Shown: positions 39,176 through 55,805, counted from the stretch's first letter. The stretch is 64,000 nt of DNA from an uncultured Bacilli bacterium (GCA_934096075.1 CAKOLN010000003.1:26184-90183); one strand, 5' to 3'. Made by a program: numbers and translations. The notes: generated by a model from the sequence alone, not told the origin.

Positions 39176-39359
39176 TGAAATAAGAAAAATGTCTACAGAA
39201 GATATCAACAAAAAAATCACTGAAACTAAAGCTGAATTATGGAATTTGCGTTTCAGTAGTGCTACTGGTTCATTAGAAAAACCTCATAAAATTAGAGAAT
39301 TAAGACATGACGTTGCCAGAATGAAAACTGTACTTAACGAACGTAAGGAAAGTAAGTAG
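39165..39359 (+). CDS. rpmC: 50S ribosomal protein L29
   Basis: 64 aa; operon position. Confidence 0.93.
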   Translation: MKTSEIRKMSTEDINKKITETKAELWNLRFSSATGSLEKPHKIRELRHDVARMKTVLNERKESK

Positions 39360-39367
39360 GAGGATTT

Positions 39368-39625
39368 ATGGAAAAGACTAATGAAACTAGAGTAGGTAAA
39401 GTAGTAAGCACTAGTATGGATAAAACAATTGTAGTATTAGTTGAAACTTACAAAAATCACCCACTTTATAAAAAAAGAGTAAAATACTCTAAAAAATATA
39501 AAGCACATGATGAAGAAAACAAAGCAAAAGTTGGAGACATTGTAAAAATATCTGCATGTCGTCCACTAAGTAAAACTAAAAGATATGTATTAGATAGCAT
39601 TGTTGAAGAAGCTATCATACTTTAA
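39368..39625 (+). CDS. rpsQ: 30S ribosomal protein S17
   Basis: 85 aa; [16 protein letters not shown]. Confidence 0.95.
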   Translation: MEKTNETRVGKVVSTSMDKTIVVLVETYKNHPLYKKRVKYSKKYKAHDEENKAKVGDIVKISACRPLSKTKRYVLDSIVEEAIIL

Positions 39626-39642
39626 GAAAGGACGTGGGTATT

Positions 39643-40011
39643 ATGGTACAACCAGAAAGCCGTTTAAAAGTAGCCGATAACTCAGGTGCTCGTGAAATAT
39701 TAGTAATAAGAGTACTTGGTGGTTCATTTGTAAGAAGTGGAAACATCGGTGACGTAGTAGTTGGGACTGTTAAAAAAGCAATACCTAACTCTAACACTAA
39801 AAAAGGAAAAGTAGTAAAAGCTGTAATAGTTAGAACAGTTCAAGGCGTTAAAAGACCTGATGGATCATACATCAAATTTGATGATAATGCTTGTGTTCTA
39901 ATTAAAGATGATAAGAGTCCAGTAGGAACTCGTGTTCTAGGACCTGTTGCTAGAGAATTAAGAGATAAAGATTTCATGAAAATCGTTTCACTAGCACCAG
40001 AAGTATTATAG
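39643..40011 (+). CDS. rplN: 50S ribosomal protein L14
   Basis: [19 protein letters not shown]; 122 aa. Confidence 0.96.
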   Translation: MVQPESRLKVADNSGAREILVIRVLGGSFVRSGNIGDVVVGTVKKAIPNSNTKKGKVVKAVIVRTVQGVKRPDGSYIKFDDNACVLIKDDKSPVGTRVLGPVARELRDKDFMKIVSLAPEVL

Positions 40012-40023
40012 GAGGGTACTAAC

Positions 40024-40287
40024 GTGAAAATAAAAGTTGGAGATAAAGTAACTGTTATCGCTGGAGATGACAAAGGAAAACAAGGAAAAGTATCAAAAGT
40101 TTTAAGAAGCGAATCAAGAGTAATAGTTGAAGGTGTTAATATTGTAAAAAAACATGTGAAACCAAATAGAACTAATGAAACTGGTGGAATACTTGAAACA
40201 GAAGCTCCTATCCATATTTCAAATGTAAAAGTTTTAAAAGAAGAAAAAAAAGAAACTAAGAAAGAAACAAAGAAAGTAAGTAAATAG
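40024..40287 (+). CDS. rplX: 50S ribosomal protein L24 (GTG start; KKET-repeat tail)
   Basis: [23 protein letters not shown]; KOW motif. Confidence 0.93.
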   Translation: MKIKVGDKVTVIAGDDKGKQGKVSKVLRSESRVIVEGVNIVKKHVKPNRTNETGGILETEAPIHISNVKVLKEEKKETKKETKKVSK

Positions 40288-40297
40288 GAGGCAAATA

Positions 40298-40837
40298 ATG
40301 GAAACATTAAAAGAAGTTTATGAAAAAGAAATCGTGCCTGCTCTAACAGAAAAGTTTAAATATACTTCAAGAATGCAAGTACCTAAACTTGAGAAGATAG
40401 TTCTTAACATGGGTGTAGGTGATGCTACTACAGATTCTAAATACTTAGATGCTGCAGTAAAAGAACTTGAAGTAATCGCTGGACAAAAACCAGTTATAAC
40501 AAAAGCAAAAAAATCAATCGCTGGATTTAAACTAAGAGAAGGAAACAAAATCGGATGTAAAGTTACATTACGTGGTGAAAATATGTATATCTTCTTAGAA
40601 AAATTAATTAAGATAGCATTACCTCGTGTTCGTGACTTTAGAGGAATTTCAAAAGGAAGTTTTGATGGAAGAGGAAACTATACTCTAGGAATTAAAGAAC
40701 AATTAATATTCCCAGAAGTAGACTACGATCAAGTTATTAAAACAAGAGGACTTGATATAGTAATGGTAACAACTGCTAAAACAAATGAAGAAGCATTAGA
40801 ATTACTAAGTGGTTTTGGTTTACCTTTCAAGAAATAA
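40298..40837 (+). CDS. rplE: 50S ribosomal protein L5
   Basis: 179 aa; conserved L5 sequence. Confidence 0.96.
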   Translation: METLKEVYEKEIVPALTEKFKYTSRMQVPKLEKIVLNMGVGDATTDSKYLDAAVKELEVIAGQKPVITKAKKSIAGFKLREGNKIGCKVTLRGENMYIFLEKLIKIALPRVRDFRGISKGSFDGRGNYTLGIKEQLIFPEVDYDQVIKTRGLDIVMVTTAKTNEEALELLSGFGLPFKK

Positions 40838-40849
40838 GGAGGCATTTAA

Positions 40850-41035
40850 GTGGCAAAAACAAGTAAATTAGTTAGCTGGAAAAAAGGGTCAAAATTCAAA
40901 GCTAGAAATTATACTAGATGCGAAAGATGTGGAAGACCTCACGGTGTATTAAGAAAATTCGGACTATGCCGTATATGCTTTAGAGAATTAGCTTATAAAG
41001 GACAAATACCAGGCGTTAAAAAGTCTAGTTGGTAA
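40850..41035 (+). CDS. rpsN: 30S ribosomal protein S14 type Z (zinc-ribbon)
   Basis: 61 aa; CERCGRPH...CRIC. Confidence 0.95.
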   Translation: MAKTSKLVSWKKGSKFKARNYTRCERCGRPHGVLRKFGLCRICFRELAYKGQIPGVKKSSW

Positions 41036-41053
41036 GAAGGGAGGACTAAAGTT

Positions 41054-41449
41054 ATGGTAAATGATATAATTGCAGATATGCTTACAAGAATGCGTAATGC
41101 AGTTGCAATGAAATATAAAACAGTTGAAGTACTTAGTTCTAAAATGACAAAAGAAATAGCTACAATATTAACAAATGAAGGATACATCGATGGTTTTGAA
41201 GAAAAAACTGAAGGTGCAAGCAAAACATTAACATTAAATTTAAAATATGGACAAAGAAAAGAAAACATTATAACAGGACTTAAAAGAATCAGTAAACCTG
41301 GTCTAAGAGTTTATGTTAAAAGTGATGAAGTTCCAAAAGTATTAAATGGTCTTGGAATAGCAATCATATCTACTTCAAAAGGAATTATGACAGACAAGGA
41401 AGCAAGAAAAGAAAACTTAGGTGGAGAAGTTCTTGCATACATCTGGTAG
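41054..41449 (+). CDS. rpsH: 30S ribosomal protein S8
   Basis: 131 aa; DMLTRMRNA motif. Confidence 0.96.
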   Translation: MVNDIIADMLTRMRNAVAMKYKTVEVLSSKMTKEIATILTNEGYIDGFEEKTEGASKTLTLNLKYGQRKENIITGLKRISKPGLRVYVKSDEVPKVLNGLGIAIISTSKGIMTDKEARKENLGGEVLAYIW

Positions 41450-41456
41450 GTGAATT

Positions 41457-41993
41457 ATGAGTAGAATAGGTAAAAGAGTATTAGTTATACCTGAAGGTGT
41501 AACAGTTGATGTTAATGGAAATGTTGTAACAGTAAAAGGAAAATTAGGAGAATTAACTCTTAATACAAAACCTGGAATCAATGTATTAGTTAATGAAGGA
41601 AATGTAACAGTTGAAAGAGCAAATGACTCAAAAGAATTAAAACAATTACATGGAACTACTAATGCTAACATAAATAATATGTTAATTGGAGTAAGTACAG
41701 GATACAAAAAAGAATTAGAAATTAATGGTGTTGGTTATAAATTCCAAGTTGCTGGTAATAAATTAACTATCAGTGCAGGTTATAGTCATCCAGTTATCAT
41801 GGAAGCACCAGAAGGAATCAAATTAGATTCACCTAGTCAAACTGAATTAAATATATCAGGATATGACAAACAAGCCGTTGGAGAATTCACTGCATTAGTA
41901 CGTAAAGTACGTGGACCTGAACCATACAAAGGAAAAGGTATCAAATATAAAGATGAATTCATAAGACGTAAGGAAGGAAAGAAAGCTGCATAG
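41457..41993 (+). CDS. rplF: 50S ribosomal protein L6
   Basis: 178 aa; MSRIGKRVLVIPEGV. Confidence 0.96.
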   Translation: MSRIGKRVLVIPEGVTVDVNGNVVTVKGKLGELTLNTKPGINVLVNEGNVTVERANDSKELKQLHGTTNANINNMLIGVSTGYKKELEINGVGYKFQVAGNKLTISAGYSHPVIMEAPEGIKLDSPSQTELNISGYDKQAVGEFTALVRKVRGPEPYKGKGIKYKDEFIRRKEGKKAA

Positions 41994-42004
41994 GGAGGTA
42001 AAAT

Positions 42005-42358
42005 ATGATAAAGAAAGAATCAAAAAATGCTAATCGTATAGCAAGACATAAACGTATCAGAAAGAACTTATCTGGTACAGCTACTACACCAAGATTAAAT
42101 GTATTCAAAAGTAATACAAACATCTATGCTCAAATAATAGATGATGAAAAGGGTGTAACATTAGTAAGTGCATCTTCTCTAGAAATGAAACTAAATAAAT
42201 GTGATATCGAAACTGCTAAAAAAGTTGGAGCAGAAGTTGCTAAAAGAGCATTAGATAAAAAAATCACTGAAGTAGTTTTTGACCGTGGTGGATATCAATA
42301 TCATGGTAAAGTAAAAGCCCTAGCAGACAGTGCTCGTGAAGCAGGACTACAATTCTAA
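42005..42358 (+). CDS. rplR: 50S ribosomal protein L18
   Basis: 117 aa; operon position. Confidence 0.94.
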   Translation: MIKKESKNANRIARHKRIRKNLSGTATTPRLNVFKSNTNIYAQIIDDEKGVTLVSASSLEMKLNKCDIETAKKVGAEVAKRALDKKITEVVFDRGGYQYHGKVKALADSAREAGLQF

Positions 42359-42371
42359 AGGAGGGACTATA

Positions 42372-42914
42372 ATGGAAAAAACAGAAAGAACTAATAATAA
42401 AGAAAGAAATAATAAAAGAGAATTCGTTAAAAAAAGTCCTTATGAAGAAAAAGTAATTTCAATTGGACGTGTAAGCAAAACCACTAAAGGTGGTCGTACA
42501 ATGAGATTCACTGCAACAGTTGCTGTTGGAGATAGAAAAGGTCGTGTTGGACTTGGAACAGGAAAAGCTGGAGAAGTACCAGAAGCAATTTCAAAAGCAA
42601 TCAAAGCTGCTGAAAAAAATGTAATTAAAGTTAATCTAGTTGAAGGAAGAACTTTAAGTCATGAAGCAATTGGTGTTTGCGGAGCTGCTAGAGTACTAGT
42701 AAAACCTGCTAAAGCCGGTAGTGGAATCATCGCTGGTGGACCAGTTCGTAACGTATTAGAACTTGCTGGAGTAAAAGATATAGTATCTAAATCTTTAGGA
42801 AGTAATACACAAATAAACACTGCTAAAGCTGCTATGGAGGCATTAAAAATGCAAAGAGATGCTGAACACGTAGCAAGTCTTCGTGGTAAAAAAGTAGAGG
42901 AGATTATAGGATAA
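42372..42914 (+). CDS. rpsE: 30S ribosomal protein S5 (N/K/E-rich N-terminal extension)
   Basis: GGAGGG RBS before the ATG at 42372; conserved S5 core [11 protein letters not shown]. The stop overlaps the rplO start, with no L30 gene between. Confidence 0.95.
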   Translation: MEKTERTNNKERNNKREFVKKSPYEEKVISIGRVSKTTKGGRTMRFTATVAVGDRKGRVGLGTGKAGEVPEAISKAIKAAEKNVIKVNLVEGRTLSHEAIGVCGAARVLVKPAKAGSGIIAGGPVRNVLELAGVKDIVSKSLGSNTQINTAKAAMEALKMQRDAEHVASLRGKKVEEIIG

Positions 42915-43357
42915 TGAAATTAAATGAATTAAAAAATCATCCTGGATCTACTCACAAAAGAAAAATAGTAGGTAGAGGACCAGGAAGTGGACTAGGAAAA
43001 ACAAGTGGACGTGGAGAAAAAGGTCAAAAAGCGCGTTCAGGAGCAAGTATTAAACCTTGGTTTGAAGGTGGACAAAATCCATTATACAAAAGAATACCAA
43101 GAAGAGGATTTAATAATGCAAGATTTACTACTAGATATAGTGTAGTAAATGTATCAGACCTTAATAGATTTGAAGATAATACAACTGTAACACCTGAACT
43201 TCTTAAAGAAGTAGGTTTAGTGAAAAAAGAATTAAGTGGAGTTAAAATCCTAGGAAGTGGAAACTTAGAAAAGAAATTAACTGTAAAAGCTAATTTATTC
43301 ACAAACAGTGCTATCAATAAAATAGAAAGTATCGGTGGAAAAGTTGAGGTGATTTAG
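42914..43357 (+). CDS. rplO: 50S ribosomal protein L15
   Basis: 147 aa; [12 protein letters not shown]. Confidence 0.95.
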   Translation: MKLNELKNHPGSTHKRKIVGRGPGSGLGKTSGRGEKGQKARSGASIKPWFEGGQNPLYKRIPRRGFNNARFTTRYSVVNVSDLNRFEDNTTVTPELLKEVGLVKKELSGVKILGSGNLEKKLTVKANLFTNSAINKIESIGGKVEVI

Positions 43358-44614
43358 ATGTTCTCAACATTTAAACAAATTTTCAAAAAAACTAACAAAG
43401 ATTTAAAACAAAGAGTATTTTATACATTAGGAGCATTATTCATATTTGCACTAGGTAATGCAATTACTGTTCCAGGTATGAAGGCAATAACTAAAGACTT
43501 AGGATTCTTAGAATTATTAAATGCAATGAGTGGTGGAGGACTAAAAAGATTTAGTATATTTGCGTTAGGTGTATCACCTTACATAACTGCTTCTATAATA
43601 TTACAAGTATTACAAATGGATTTAATGGGAATAACTTATTTCCAAGAATTAAAAGAAATGGGAGAAGCTGGCAGAACTAAAATTAATAAAATCAATAGAT
43701 ATTTAGGTATCGGATTTGCATTAATAGAGGGTTACATTTACTCACTAATGTTTATGGGTAAAGGGGCAGATCCAATTCAATATGTAAAAATAAGTTTATT
43801 ATTAACTGCTGGAACTGCATTCCTACTTTGGTTAGGTGATCAAATAACTAACAAAGGTATAGGAAATGGAATAAGTCTTATCATTATGGCAGGTATAGTT
43901 AGTACTGTTCCAAGCATGATGATTGAAGCATTCAAAAATCTAGTAGTAAATGGTTCAAACTCAGTTGTAGGAATCATATCATTTGTAATATTCATACTAC
44001 TATATGTTGGAATAATAATTGGTGTAATATATGTACAAGAGGCTGAAAGAAGAATACCTGTACAATATTCAAACAGAAGTGCAGGAGCATACAAAGCTAA
44101 TCAATCATTCTTACCATTAAGAATAAATTCAGCTGGAGTAATGCCGGTAATCTTCGCATCAGCAGTACTTGCAATACCAACAACTCTAACATACTTTATA
44201 AAAAGTGAAGGATTTAAATCTTTTATAACTAAATATTTAACAACAACAACTCCAATAGGATTTGTAGTATATATCCTTCTAATAATTGCATTCACATATG
44301 GATATACATTTGTAGCTGCAGTTAACCCTGAAGATATATCAAAAAATCTTAACAAACAAAACGGATACATTCCAGGAATAAGACCAGGAACTGAAACTAC
44401 TAAATACATTTCAAAAATTCTTTCAAGAATCACATTCCTAGGAGCAATATTTATAGCTGTTATAGCAGCACTACCAATTGTATTTAGTTGGATTTCGAAT
44501 ATGCCTAGTATAGTAACTCTTGGAGGAACAAGTATCTTAATCGTTGTAGGAGTATTACTAGAATTATATAAACAAATAGAAAGTTCAGTAGCAAGTCGTG
44601 CTTATAGGAGGTAA
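43358..44614 (+). CDS. secY: Preprotein translocase SecY
   Basis: 418 aa; 10 TMs; conserved SecY motifs. Confidence 0.96.
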   Translation: MFSTFKQIFKKTNKDLKQRVFYTLGALFIFALGNAITVPGMKAITKDLGFLELLNAMSGGGLKRFSIFALGVSPYITASIILQVLQMDLMGITYFQELKEMGEAGRTKINKINRYLGIGFALIEGYIYSLMFMGKGADPIQYVKISLLLTAGTAFLLWLGDQITNKGIGNGISLIIMAGIVSTVPSMMIEAFKNLVVNGSNSVVGIISFVIFILLYVGIIIGVIYVQEAERRIPVQYSNRSAGAYKANQSFLPLRINSAGVMPVIFASAVLAIPTTLTYFIKSEGFKSFITKYLTTTTPIGFVVYILLIIAFTYGYTFVAAVNPEDISKNLNKQNGYIPGIRPGTETTKYISKILSRITFLGAIFIAVIAALPIVFSWISNMPSIVTLGGTSILIVVGVLLELYKQIESSVASRAYRR

Positions 44615-44619
44615 TTAAA

Positions 44620-45279
44620 TTGAACATAATTTGGATAGCACCACCAGCCGCTGGTAAAGGTACATATAGTTCTTTACTAAAAGAAAAATATGGCTTTAAC
44701 CACATAGGCGCAGGAGATGCACTAAGAGAACAAATTAGTTTAAAAACTGAAATAGGAAAAGAAGTTGAAAGCATCATCAACAAAGGTGAAATGGTTAATG
44801 ATGAATTAATGGCAAAATTGATTGAAGCAAAATTAAAAAGTCTAGATTTAACTAAACCATTTATGCTTGACGGATATCCTAGAAAAATGAATCAAGCACA
44901 AGATTATGAACAAATACTAAAAAAATTAAATTTGGATGTGGATAAAGTTATATTTATCAACATTTCAAAAGAAACAGGACTAAAAAGAATATTAGGAAGA
45001 TTAAACTGTCCTAATTGTAAAAGAAGCTATAACAAATTTCTAAAAGACACAATGCCAAAAACTGAAGGAATATGTGATGATTGTAAAACACCACTTATTT
45101 CCAGGGTTGATGACACAAAAGAGTCTTATGAAACAAGATATAATGTGTACATGACTGAAACAAAACCAGTTATTGAATACTACAAAAATCTTGGAAAATT
45201 AATAGAAATAGATGGTTCTAAAAGTCCAGAAGAAACACTTAAAGTTATAGAAAATATCTTAGGAGTAAATAATGGTTAG
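44620..45279 (+). CDS. adk: Adenylate kinase (Zn-binding lid)
   Basis: P-loop GPPAAGKGT; lid CPNCKRSY...CDDCKT. Confidence 0.95.
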   Translation: MNIIWIAPPAAGKGTYSSLLKEKYGFNHIGAGDALREQISLKTEIGKEVESIINKGEMVNDELMAKLIEAKLKSLDLTKPFMLDGYPRKMNQAQDYEQILKKLNLDVDKVIFINISKETGLKRILGRLNCPNCKRSYNKFLKDTMPKTEGICDDCKTPLISRVDDTKESYETRYNVYMTETKPVIEYYKNLGKLIEIDGSKSPEETLKVIENILGVNNG

Positions 45280-46018
45280 TACTAAAACTGAAAGTGAAAT
45301 TAGCCTAATGAGTTATGCCGGGAAAGTATGCTTTGACTTACTAGAATTAATGGAAACAGTAATTAAGCCTGGCATAACTACAGAAGAGCTAAATAAAATC
45401 GCTGATAAATTTATAAGAGAAAAAGGCTGTACACCATCATTCCTTAACTACGAAGGTTATCCAGCTAGCATATGCACATCAATAAACGAAGAAGTGGTGC
45501 ATGGAATACCTAGTAAAAGAAAACTAAAAAATGGTGACATAATCACTATTGATGTAGGAGCAATCTATAAAGGATATCATGGAGATACAGCAAGAACTTA
45601 CAAAGTTGGTAAAATTTCTAATGAAGTAAGTGACTTAATGAAATACACAAAAGAAGCTTTGTATAAGGGCTTAAGTGTAATCAAACCTGGTATAAAACTA
45701 AATGAAGTATGTAAGGCTATCGAAAGTGTAGCAAAAGAACATGGATATGGAGTAATTCGTGAATTAACAGGTCACGGAATAGGAACTGAAATGCATGAGG
45801 ATCCATACATTCCAAACTATGCTAACAATGAAAGTGAACTAATTCTAAAAGAAGGAATGACTTTAGCAATCGAGCCAATGTTTAGTTTAAAAGGTAGACA
45901 AGTATGGCTACTAGATGATGATTGGACAATCATAACCCGTGATTCATCACCAGCAGCACATTATGAACATACAATTGTAGTTACAAAAGATGGCTACAAA
46001 ATACTAACAGGAGAGTGA
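45272..46018 (+). CDS. map: Methionine aminopeptidase type I
   Basis: 248 aa; metal ligands D...D...H...E...E in conserved contexts (HGIGTEMHE). Confidence 0.94.
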   Translation: MVSTKTESEISLMSYAGKVCFDLLELMETVIKPGITTEELNKIADKFIREKGCTPSFLNYEGYPASICTSINEEVVHGIPSKRKLKNGDIITIDVGAIYKGYHGDTARTYKVGKISNEVSDLMKYTKEALYKGLSVIKPGIKLNEVCKAIESVAKEHGYGVIRELTGHGIGTEMHEDPYIPNYANNESELILKEGMTLAIEPMFSLKGRQVWLLDDDWTIITRDSSPAAHYEHTIVVTKDGYKILTGE

Positions 46019-46022
46019 TTTA

Positions 46023-46365
<343 letters not shown>

Positions 46366-46377
46366 TAGGAGGAAATA

Positions 46378-46743
46378 ATGGCACGTATTAAAAATATTGA
46401 TTTACCAAAAGAAAAGAGAATTGTTATCGGTTTAACTTATATTTATGGTATCGGACCAAGCCGTGCACAAAAAATATGTGCAGCAGCAGGTGTAAGCGAA
46501 GACATAAGAGTTAAAGATTTAACAAATGATCAAATCAACGACTTAAGAAAAGCATGTGATGAATATGTATTAGTCGGTGACTTAAAACGTGAAGTTGAAA
46601 TGAACATTAAAACTAAAATGGAAATCAACTCATATCAAGGTACTAGACATAAAAAAGGTCTTCCAGTTAGAGGACAAAGAACTAGTAGAAATGCTAGAAC
46701 TCGTAAAGGTAAAGCTAAAACAATAGCTAATAAGAAAAAATAG
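46378..46743 (+). CDS. rpsM: 30S ribosomal protein S13
   Basis: 121 aa; [10 protein letters not shown]. Confidence 0.96.
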   Translation: MARIKNIDLPKEKRIVIGLTYIYGIGPSRAQKICAAAGVSEDIRVKDLTNDQINDLRKACDEYVLVGDLKREVEMNIKTKMEINSYQGTRHKKGLPVRGQRTSRNARTRKGKAKTIANKKK

Positions 46744-46755
46744 GAGGTTAATGTA

Positions 46756-47139
46756 ATGGCATATAATAGAAGAAAAAGAAAAGTCAAAAAGGATGTCACT
46801 GTTGGTGAAGCACATATTCATACTACATACAATAACACAATAGTAACAATCACTGACGAAAATGGTGGAGTAATAAGCTGGGCTTCTTCAGGAAGTATCG
46901 GATACAAAGGAAGTAAGAAGAAAACTCCATTCGCTGCTGGACAATCAGCAGAAGCTGCAGGAAAAGTTGCATATGACATGGGACTTAGAAAAGTAAGTGT
47001 ATACGTAAAAGGAATTGGTGGAGGACGTGAAACTGCAATTCGTTCATTACAAACTGCAGGACTTGAAATCACTTCGATCACAGATGTAACACCAATACCA
47101 CATAATGGATGTAGACCACCTAAGAGAAGACGTGTTTAG
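46756..47139 (+). CDS. rpsK: 30S ribosomal protein S11
   Basis: 127 aa; conserved. Confidence 0.96.
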   Translation: MAYNRRKRKVKKDVTVGEAHIHTTYNNTIVTITDENGGVISWASSGSIGYKGSKKKTPFAAGQSAEAAGKVAYDMGLRKVSVYVKGIGGGRETAIRSLQTAGLEITSITDVTPIPHNGCRPPKRRRV

Positions 47140-47154
47140 GAAAGGGGAAATATT

Positions 47155-48105
47155 ATGTTAAGATTTGAAAAACCAGATTATAAAGTTGTAGAATATAATG
47201 AAAGCAACTTTTATGCAAAATTTGTATTAGAACCATTAGAAAGAGGTTTTGGTACAACTATAGGAAACGCTTTAAGAAGAGTAATGTTATCACACTTACC
47301 AGGTAGTGCTGTAAAAAGCATCAAAATCGAAGGTGTACTTCATGAATTCCAAAAAATAGATGGAGTTGTTGAAGATGTAACAGAAATAGTTTTAAACATG
47401 AAAAAATTAGTAGTTAAAAACTTTACTGAAGAAGACAAAGTCTTATACCTAAAAGCAAATCAAGAAGGTGTAGTAACTGCTAATGACATAACACCAGACG
47501 CAGATGTTGAAATTGTTAACAAAGATTTAGTAATTGCAACACTAGCAAAAGGTGGAAACCTAGACATGCAAATAACAATTGGTAATGGACGTGGATATGT
47601 TGATGCAAAAATCAATAGAAAAGAAATGAAAAATGTACCAGTTGGTGTAATACCTGTAGACTCACTATATAGTCCAATCGAAAGAGTAAGCTATGAAGTT
47701 GAACCTGCACGTGTAGGACAAAGTGAAAACTATGATAAATTAATAATGGAAGTTTATACAAATGGTTCTATGACTCCACAAGAAGCAATGGCTTTGTCAA
47801 GTAGAATCTTAATCGAACATTTTGATATAATTACTAAAATTAACAAAATAGCAGACATGACAGGATTATTATCTGACAAAGAAGAAGATCCAATTCAAAA
47901 AACATTGGAAACACCAATTGAAGAATTAGATTTATCTGTAAGAGCTTACAATTGCTTAAAGAGAGCTGGACATCATACTCTTCAAGACTTAACATCATTG
48001 ACTGAACCTGAAATGATGAAAATCAGAAACTTAGGTAAAAAATCTTTAAAAGAGGTAATGGATAAAATAAAAGAAATGGGACTAAAGTTCCGTGACGAAG
48101 AATAG
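47155..48105 (+). CDS. rpoA: DNA-directed RNA polymerase alpha subunit
   Basis: 316 aa; NTD plus alpha-CTD (DLSVRAYNCLKRAG). Confidence 0.96.
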   Translation: MLRFEKPDYKVVEYNESNFYAKFVLEPLERGFGTTIGNALRRVMLSHLPGSAVKSIKIEGVLHEFQKIDGVVEDVTEIVLNMKKLVVKNFTEEDKVLYLKANQEGVVTANDITPDADVEIVNKDLVIATLAKGGNLDMQITIGNGRGYVDAKINRKEMKNVPVGVIPVDSLYSPIERVSYEVEPARVGQSENYDKLIMEVYTNGSMTPQEAMALSSRILIEHFDIITKINKIADMTGLLSDKEEDPIQKTLETPIEELDLSVRAYNCLKRAGHHTLQDLTSLTEPEMMKIRNLGKKSLKEVMDKIKEMGLKFRDEE

Positions 48106-48114
48106 GAGGTACTT

Positions 48115-48456
48115 ATGGCATACAGAAAATTGAATAGAGATACTAAAAAAAGAAAAAGTATCCTTTCTGGTGAAACAAAAATTGTAATAAAAAATGGTCG
48201 TATTGAAACAACTGAAGAAAGAGCAAAAGAAGTAAGAAAATTTGTTGACAAAATGATTACCTATGCTAAAAAGGGAGACTTAAATTCTAGAAGACAAGCA
48301 TTAGCTTTCTTAGAAAATGATACAGAAGCTGTAAAAATATTATTTGATGAATTAGCTCCAAAATATGCTGATAGATTAGGTGGATATACTAGAATAATTA
48401 AACTAAAAGAAAGAAGAGGAGACGATGCTTTAATAGTAAGTCTAGAATTAGTTTAA
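48115..48456 (+). CDS. rplQ: 50S ribosomal protein L17
   Basis: 113 aa; a terminator hairpin follows at 48460-48495. Confidence 0.94.
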   Translation: MAYRKLNRDTKKRKSILSGETKIVIKNGRIETTEERAKEVRKFVDKMITYAKKGDLNSRRQALAFLENDTEAVKILFDELAPKYADRLGGYTRIIKLKERRGDDALIVSLELV

Positions 48457-48565
48457 TCATAAATACTCTAAAAATTTAGAGTATTTTTATTTTGAAAATA
48501 TTGTGAAACTATTCAAATTATTTTACATTTGTGGTATGATTATAAATAGAATAGGTGTGATACTA

Positions 48566-49768
48566 ATGAAAAAAGGAACTAAGGTTATAAAAAGCAGGAA
48601 AGAAAGAAATGCATCTTTTAATTTAATAGAAGTTATAATCATAATTATAATGACCAGTTTAATAGTGGGAGTTTCAACAGGAGTAATTGTATATAGTAAT
48701 TATGCTAAGGAAACTTCAGGAATAAAAGATGACAATCAATATATAAGTGAATTTAAGAAGGCATACAACAATATAATAAACGGATATGTTGAAAAGGTTG
48801 ATGAATCTAAATTAATTGATGCAGCTATAGAGGGTATGTACGATTATTTAGGAGATCCATACACAAACTATATTGATGAAACAAATACAGATGATCTTAC
48901 TGATCGTTTAAATGGTAAATACACGGGTATAGGTATTGAAATAACAAAAGTAGAAGATGGAATACTAGTTATAAATGTTTTTAAGGATGGTCCAGCATAT
49001 ATTGCCGGAATAGAGGCAGGGGATATATTGATTAAATTAAATGGAAACGATATAACAAGCCTATCAGCAGCAGAGGTATCCAATAGTATTAAAAATTCAA
49101 ATAAAGATACCATAGAATTAAGTTTTGTAAGATCTGGAATAACAATAACTAAAACGGTTAATGTAAAAAATGTTAATATTCCTTCTATTAGTAAAGAAAA
49201 CTTTAATAATGTAGGATATATTAAGATAGATACATTTTCAAATACAACTTATACTCAATTTAAAGACTCTTTGGAATCACTTGAAAAAGATGGCATCACA
49301 AGCTTAATAATAGATGTAAGGAATAATGGAGGAGGTTACTTAAATAGCGCTGTAGAAATAGCTGAATTATTTGTAGAAAAGGGTAAAAATATTTATGGAT
49401 TAGAAAACAAATCAGGTAAAAATTTTTATGAAGATAATACAAAAGCAAAAAGAAATTATAAAATTGCAGTATTAATAAATGGTACAAGTGCATCAGCATC
49501 AGAAGTACTAACATGTGCATTAAAAGAAAGCTATGGAGCCGTAGTAATTGGAACAACAAGTTATGGAAAAGGGACAGTGCAAGAAACATCAAAGTTATTA
49601 AGTGGAGGAATGGTAAAGTACACCACTGCCTATTGGTTAACACCAAGCGGAAATTCAATAAATAATACAGGAATAAAGCCTGACATAGAGGTAATAATGG
49701 ATAATACAGAAAATTACTCATATGATAATGATACACAACTACAAACAGCGATAAATACAGTTAAATAA
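48566..49768 (+). CDS. ctpA: C-terminal processing (tail-specific) peptidase S41, PDZ-containing, membrane-anchored
   Basis: N-terminal TM; PDZ (GIEITKVEDGILVINVFKDGPAYIAG); S41 catalytic Ser in GTSASASE and Lys in YGKGTVQ. The start at 48566 is preferred over the upstream ORF-track start. Confidence 0.8.
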   Translation: MKKGTKVIKSRKERNASFNLIEVIIIIIMTSLIVGVSTGVIVYSNYAKETSGIKDDNQYISEFKKAYNNIINGYVEKVDESKLIDAAIEGMYDYLGDPYTNYIDETNTDDLTDRLNGKYTGIGIEITKVEDGILVINVFKDGPAYIAGIEAGDILIKLNGNDITSLSAAEVSNSIKNSNKDTIELSFVRSGITITKTVNVKNVNIPSISKENFNNVGYIKIDTFSNTTYTQFKDSLESLEKDGITSLIIDVRNNGGGYLNSAVEIAELFVEKGKNIYGLENKSGKNFYEDNTKAKRNYKIAVLINGTSASASEVLTCALKESYGAVVIGTTSYGKGTVQETSKLLSGGMVKYTTAYWLTPSGNSINNTGIKPDIEVIMDNTENYSYDNDTQLQTAINTVK

Positions 49769-50024
49769 ACTGTATTTATTTTATATAAAAGTTGTTACTT
49801 ATAAAATAGAGGTATTAAATATTCAAACTATATACTATAATAAATCAATTATCATTAGATAATAAAAGACTAATCAAGGGTTAAAATAAATTCGACTAAT
49901 TCTGGGACTTAATTTCCACCTATAAAAAAAACGGGAACTTCAAATAAAATTCAATGTAATTTTACCATAATATATAAAAAAACCATAAATTATGATATAA
50001 TGAATACATTGAAAGAGGCAAATT

Positions 50025-50552
50025 ATGAAATTAAATATTGGTGATACAATTAAAATACATTGCTATAAACATAATGGACTAATATATAAAACTTGGGATA
50101 AAGCAATTGTACTTGACATAAAGAAAGATTTTATAGTATTAGGAAATAATAATGTTTTAGTAACCAAAAAAGATGGTAGAAGTTGGCATACTAAAGAACC
50201 GGCAATCATGTTTTTCTATAAAAATAGGTGGTTTAATATAATTGCTCAATTAAAAAGAACTGGACTATTTTATTACTGTAATATAGCAAGTCCTTATGTT
50301 ATTGACAATGGTGTTATAAAATATATTGATTATGATTTGGATTTAAGAGTATTTCCAGATGGAGCTTTTAGAGTATTAGATAGAAATGAGTATAATTATC
50401 ATAGAAGGTTAATGAAATATCCATATGAAATTAATACTATAATAAGATATGAATTGACATCATTGATAGATTTAAAAAGAAAAGGATTAGGACCATTTGA
50501 TTCGAAGATGATTAATTACTATTATAAAATTTATCAAAAAATAAATAAATAA
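50025..50552 (+). CDS. DUF402 (FomD/YgaC-like) putative nucleoside di/triphosphatase
   Basis: 175 aa; resemblance to the Firmicute UPF0374/DUF402 family. Confidence 0.5.
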   Translation: MKLNIGDTIKIHCYKHNGLIYKTWDKAIVLDIKKDFIVLGNNNVLVTKKDGRSWHTKEPAIMFFYKNRWFNIIAQLKRTGLFYYCNIASPYVIDNGVIKYIDYDLDLRVFPDGAFRVLDRNEYNYHRRLMKYPYEINTIIRYELTSLIDLKRKGLGPFDSKMINYYYKIYQKINK

Positions 50553-50599
50553 TGGTAATTTTTTTCTACTTAACACATATTATAAAATATAGTAAAAAA

Positions 50600-50870
50600 A
50601 ATAAAAAAAAGCTTGCATTACTACAAAAAAAGTGGTAAATTATTAATCGTTGCTGAAACGAAAGGTAATTATATATATCAAATAATGCAATAACAAAAAA
50701 ATAAAAAAAAATAAAAAAAAGTATTGCATTATGTTAAAAAGAGTGGTATATTAATACCCGTTAGTTGCGAAAAGCGACAGCAAAACTTAGAAATGAAAAA
50801 ATGTTAAAAAAAATAAAAAAATATGTTGACATTTAATTCTGAGTTTGATATATTATATAAGCAACCAAGA
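50600..50870 (+). promoter_or_regulatory. Three tandem rRNA promoters with A-tract UP elements, plus boxA-like antiterminator
   Basis: P1 TTGCAT-17-TAAATT (about 50614-50645); P2 TTGCAT-17-TATATT (about 50725-50755); P3 TTGACA-17-TATATT (about 50826-50856). Each is preceded by AAAAATAAAAAAAA tracts. A boxA-like tgatctttgaaaac lies at about 50887-50900. Confidence 0.6.
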
Positions 50871-50967
50871 AAAACAAGAAGTAAATGATCTTTGAAAACT
50901 GAGTAAAATGAAATGAGTTTTATAGTTAGGATTTAAACAAAATCAATTCCGAAAATCGAATAGATTT

Positions 50968-52541
<1,574 letters not shown>

Positions 52542-52822
52542 ATGGAGTAATAACTAGTAGAAAAAAGAACCGTAAATATCATTCGGGGTTTGCTTAATTG
52601 AAACATGATATATTATAAACTAACATAAAACACATTTTACTCGGCTTTGAGAGATTATTTCTCTCAATATTGTATTTAATTATACGATAATTGTTCTTTG
52701 AAAACTTGATAATGTGATGTTCATATTGTTCTTACGAGCAACAATATGAATGCTTAATTTTTTGGTAATTTATTTAAAGATAAATATTAAGAAATAGCTC
52801 ATCAAATTAGGATATATAAAGT

Positions 52823-55740
<2,918 letters not shown>

Positions 55741-55805
55741 CATTTAATTTGATGTTTTTAATCACATTATCTTGTTTTGAGAGAACAATTATGGTATAAT
55801 CATTT

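Noticed and set aside
38013-41707. Several minus-strand ORFs (123, 61, 60, 155, 76, 91, 96 aa) inside the ribosomal protein operon
   Set aside because: Antisense to highly conserved r-protein genes; artefacts of the long stop-free antisense frames.
42914-42914. A missed rpmD (L30) gene between rpsE and rplO
   Set aside because: The S5 stop codon overlaps the L15 start codon directly, leaving no room for L30. The absence is real for this locus.
49296-49736. Minus-strand 146-aa ORF (L/H/Y-rich)
   Set aside because: Antisense to the ctpA S41 protease gene; not supported.
52542-52822. Possible tRNA (Ile/Ala) in the 16S-23S spacer
   Set aside because: The spacer is AT-rich throughout, with no GC-rich cloverleaf-capable segment or GGTTCGA(A/T)TCC T-loop. 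No tRNA is present.
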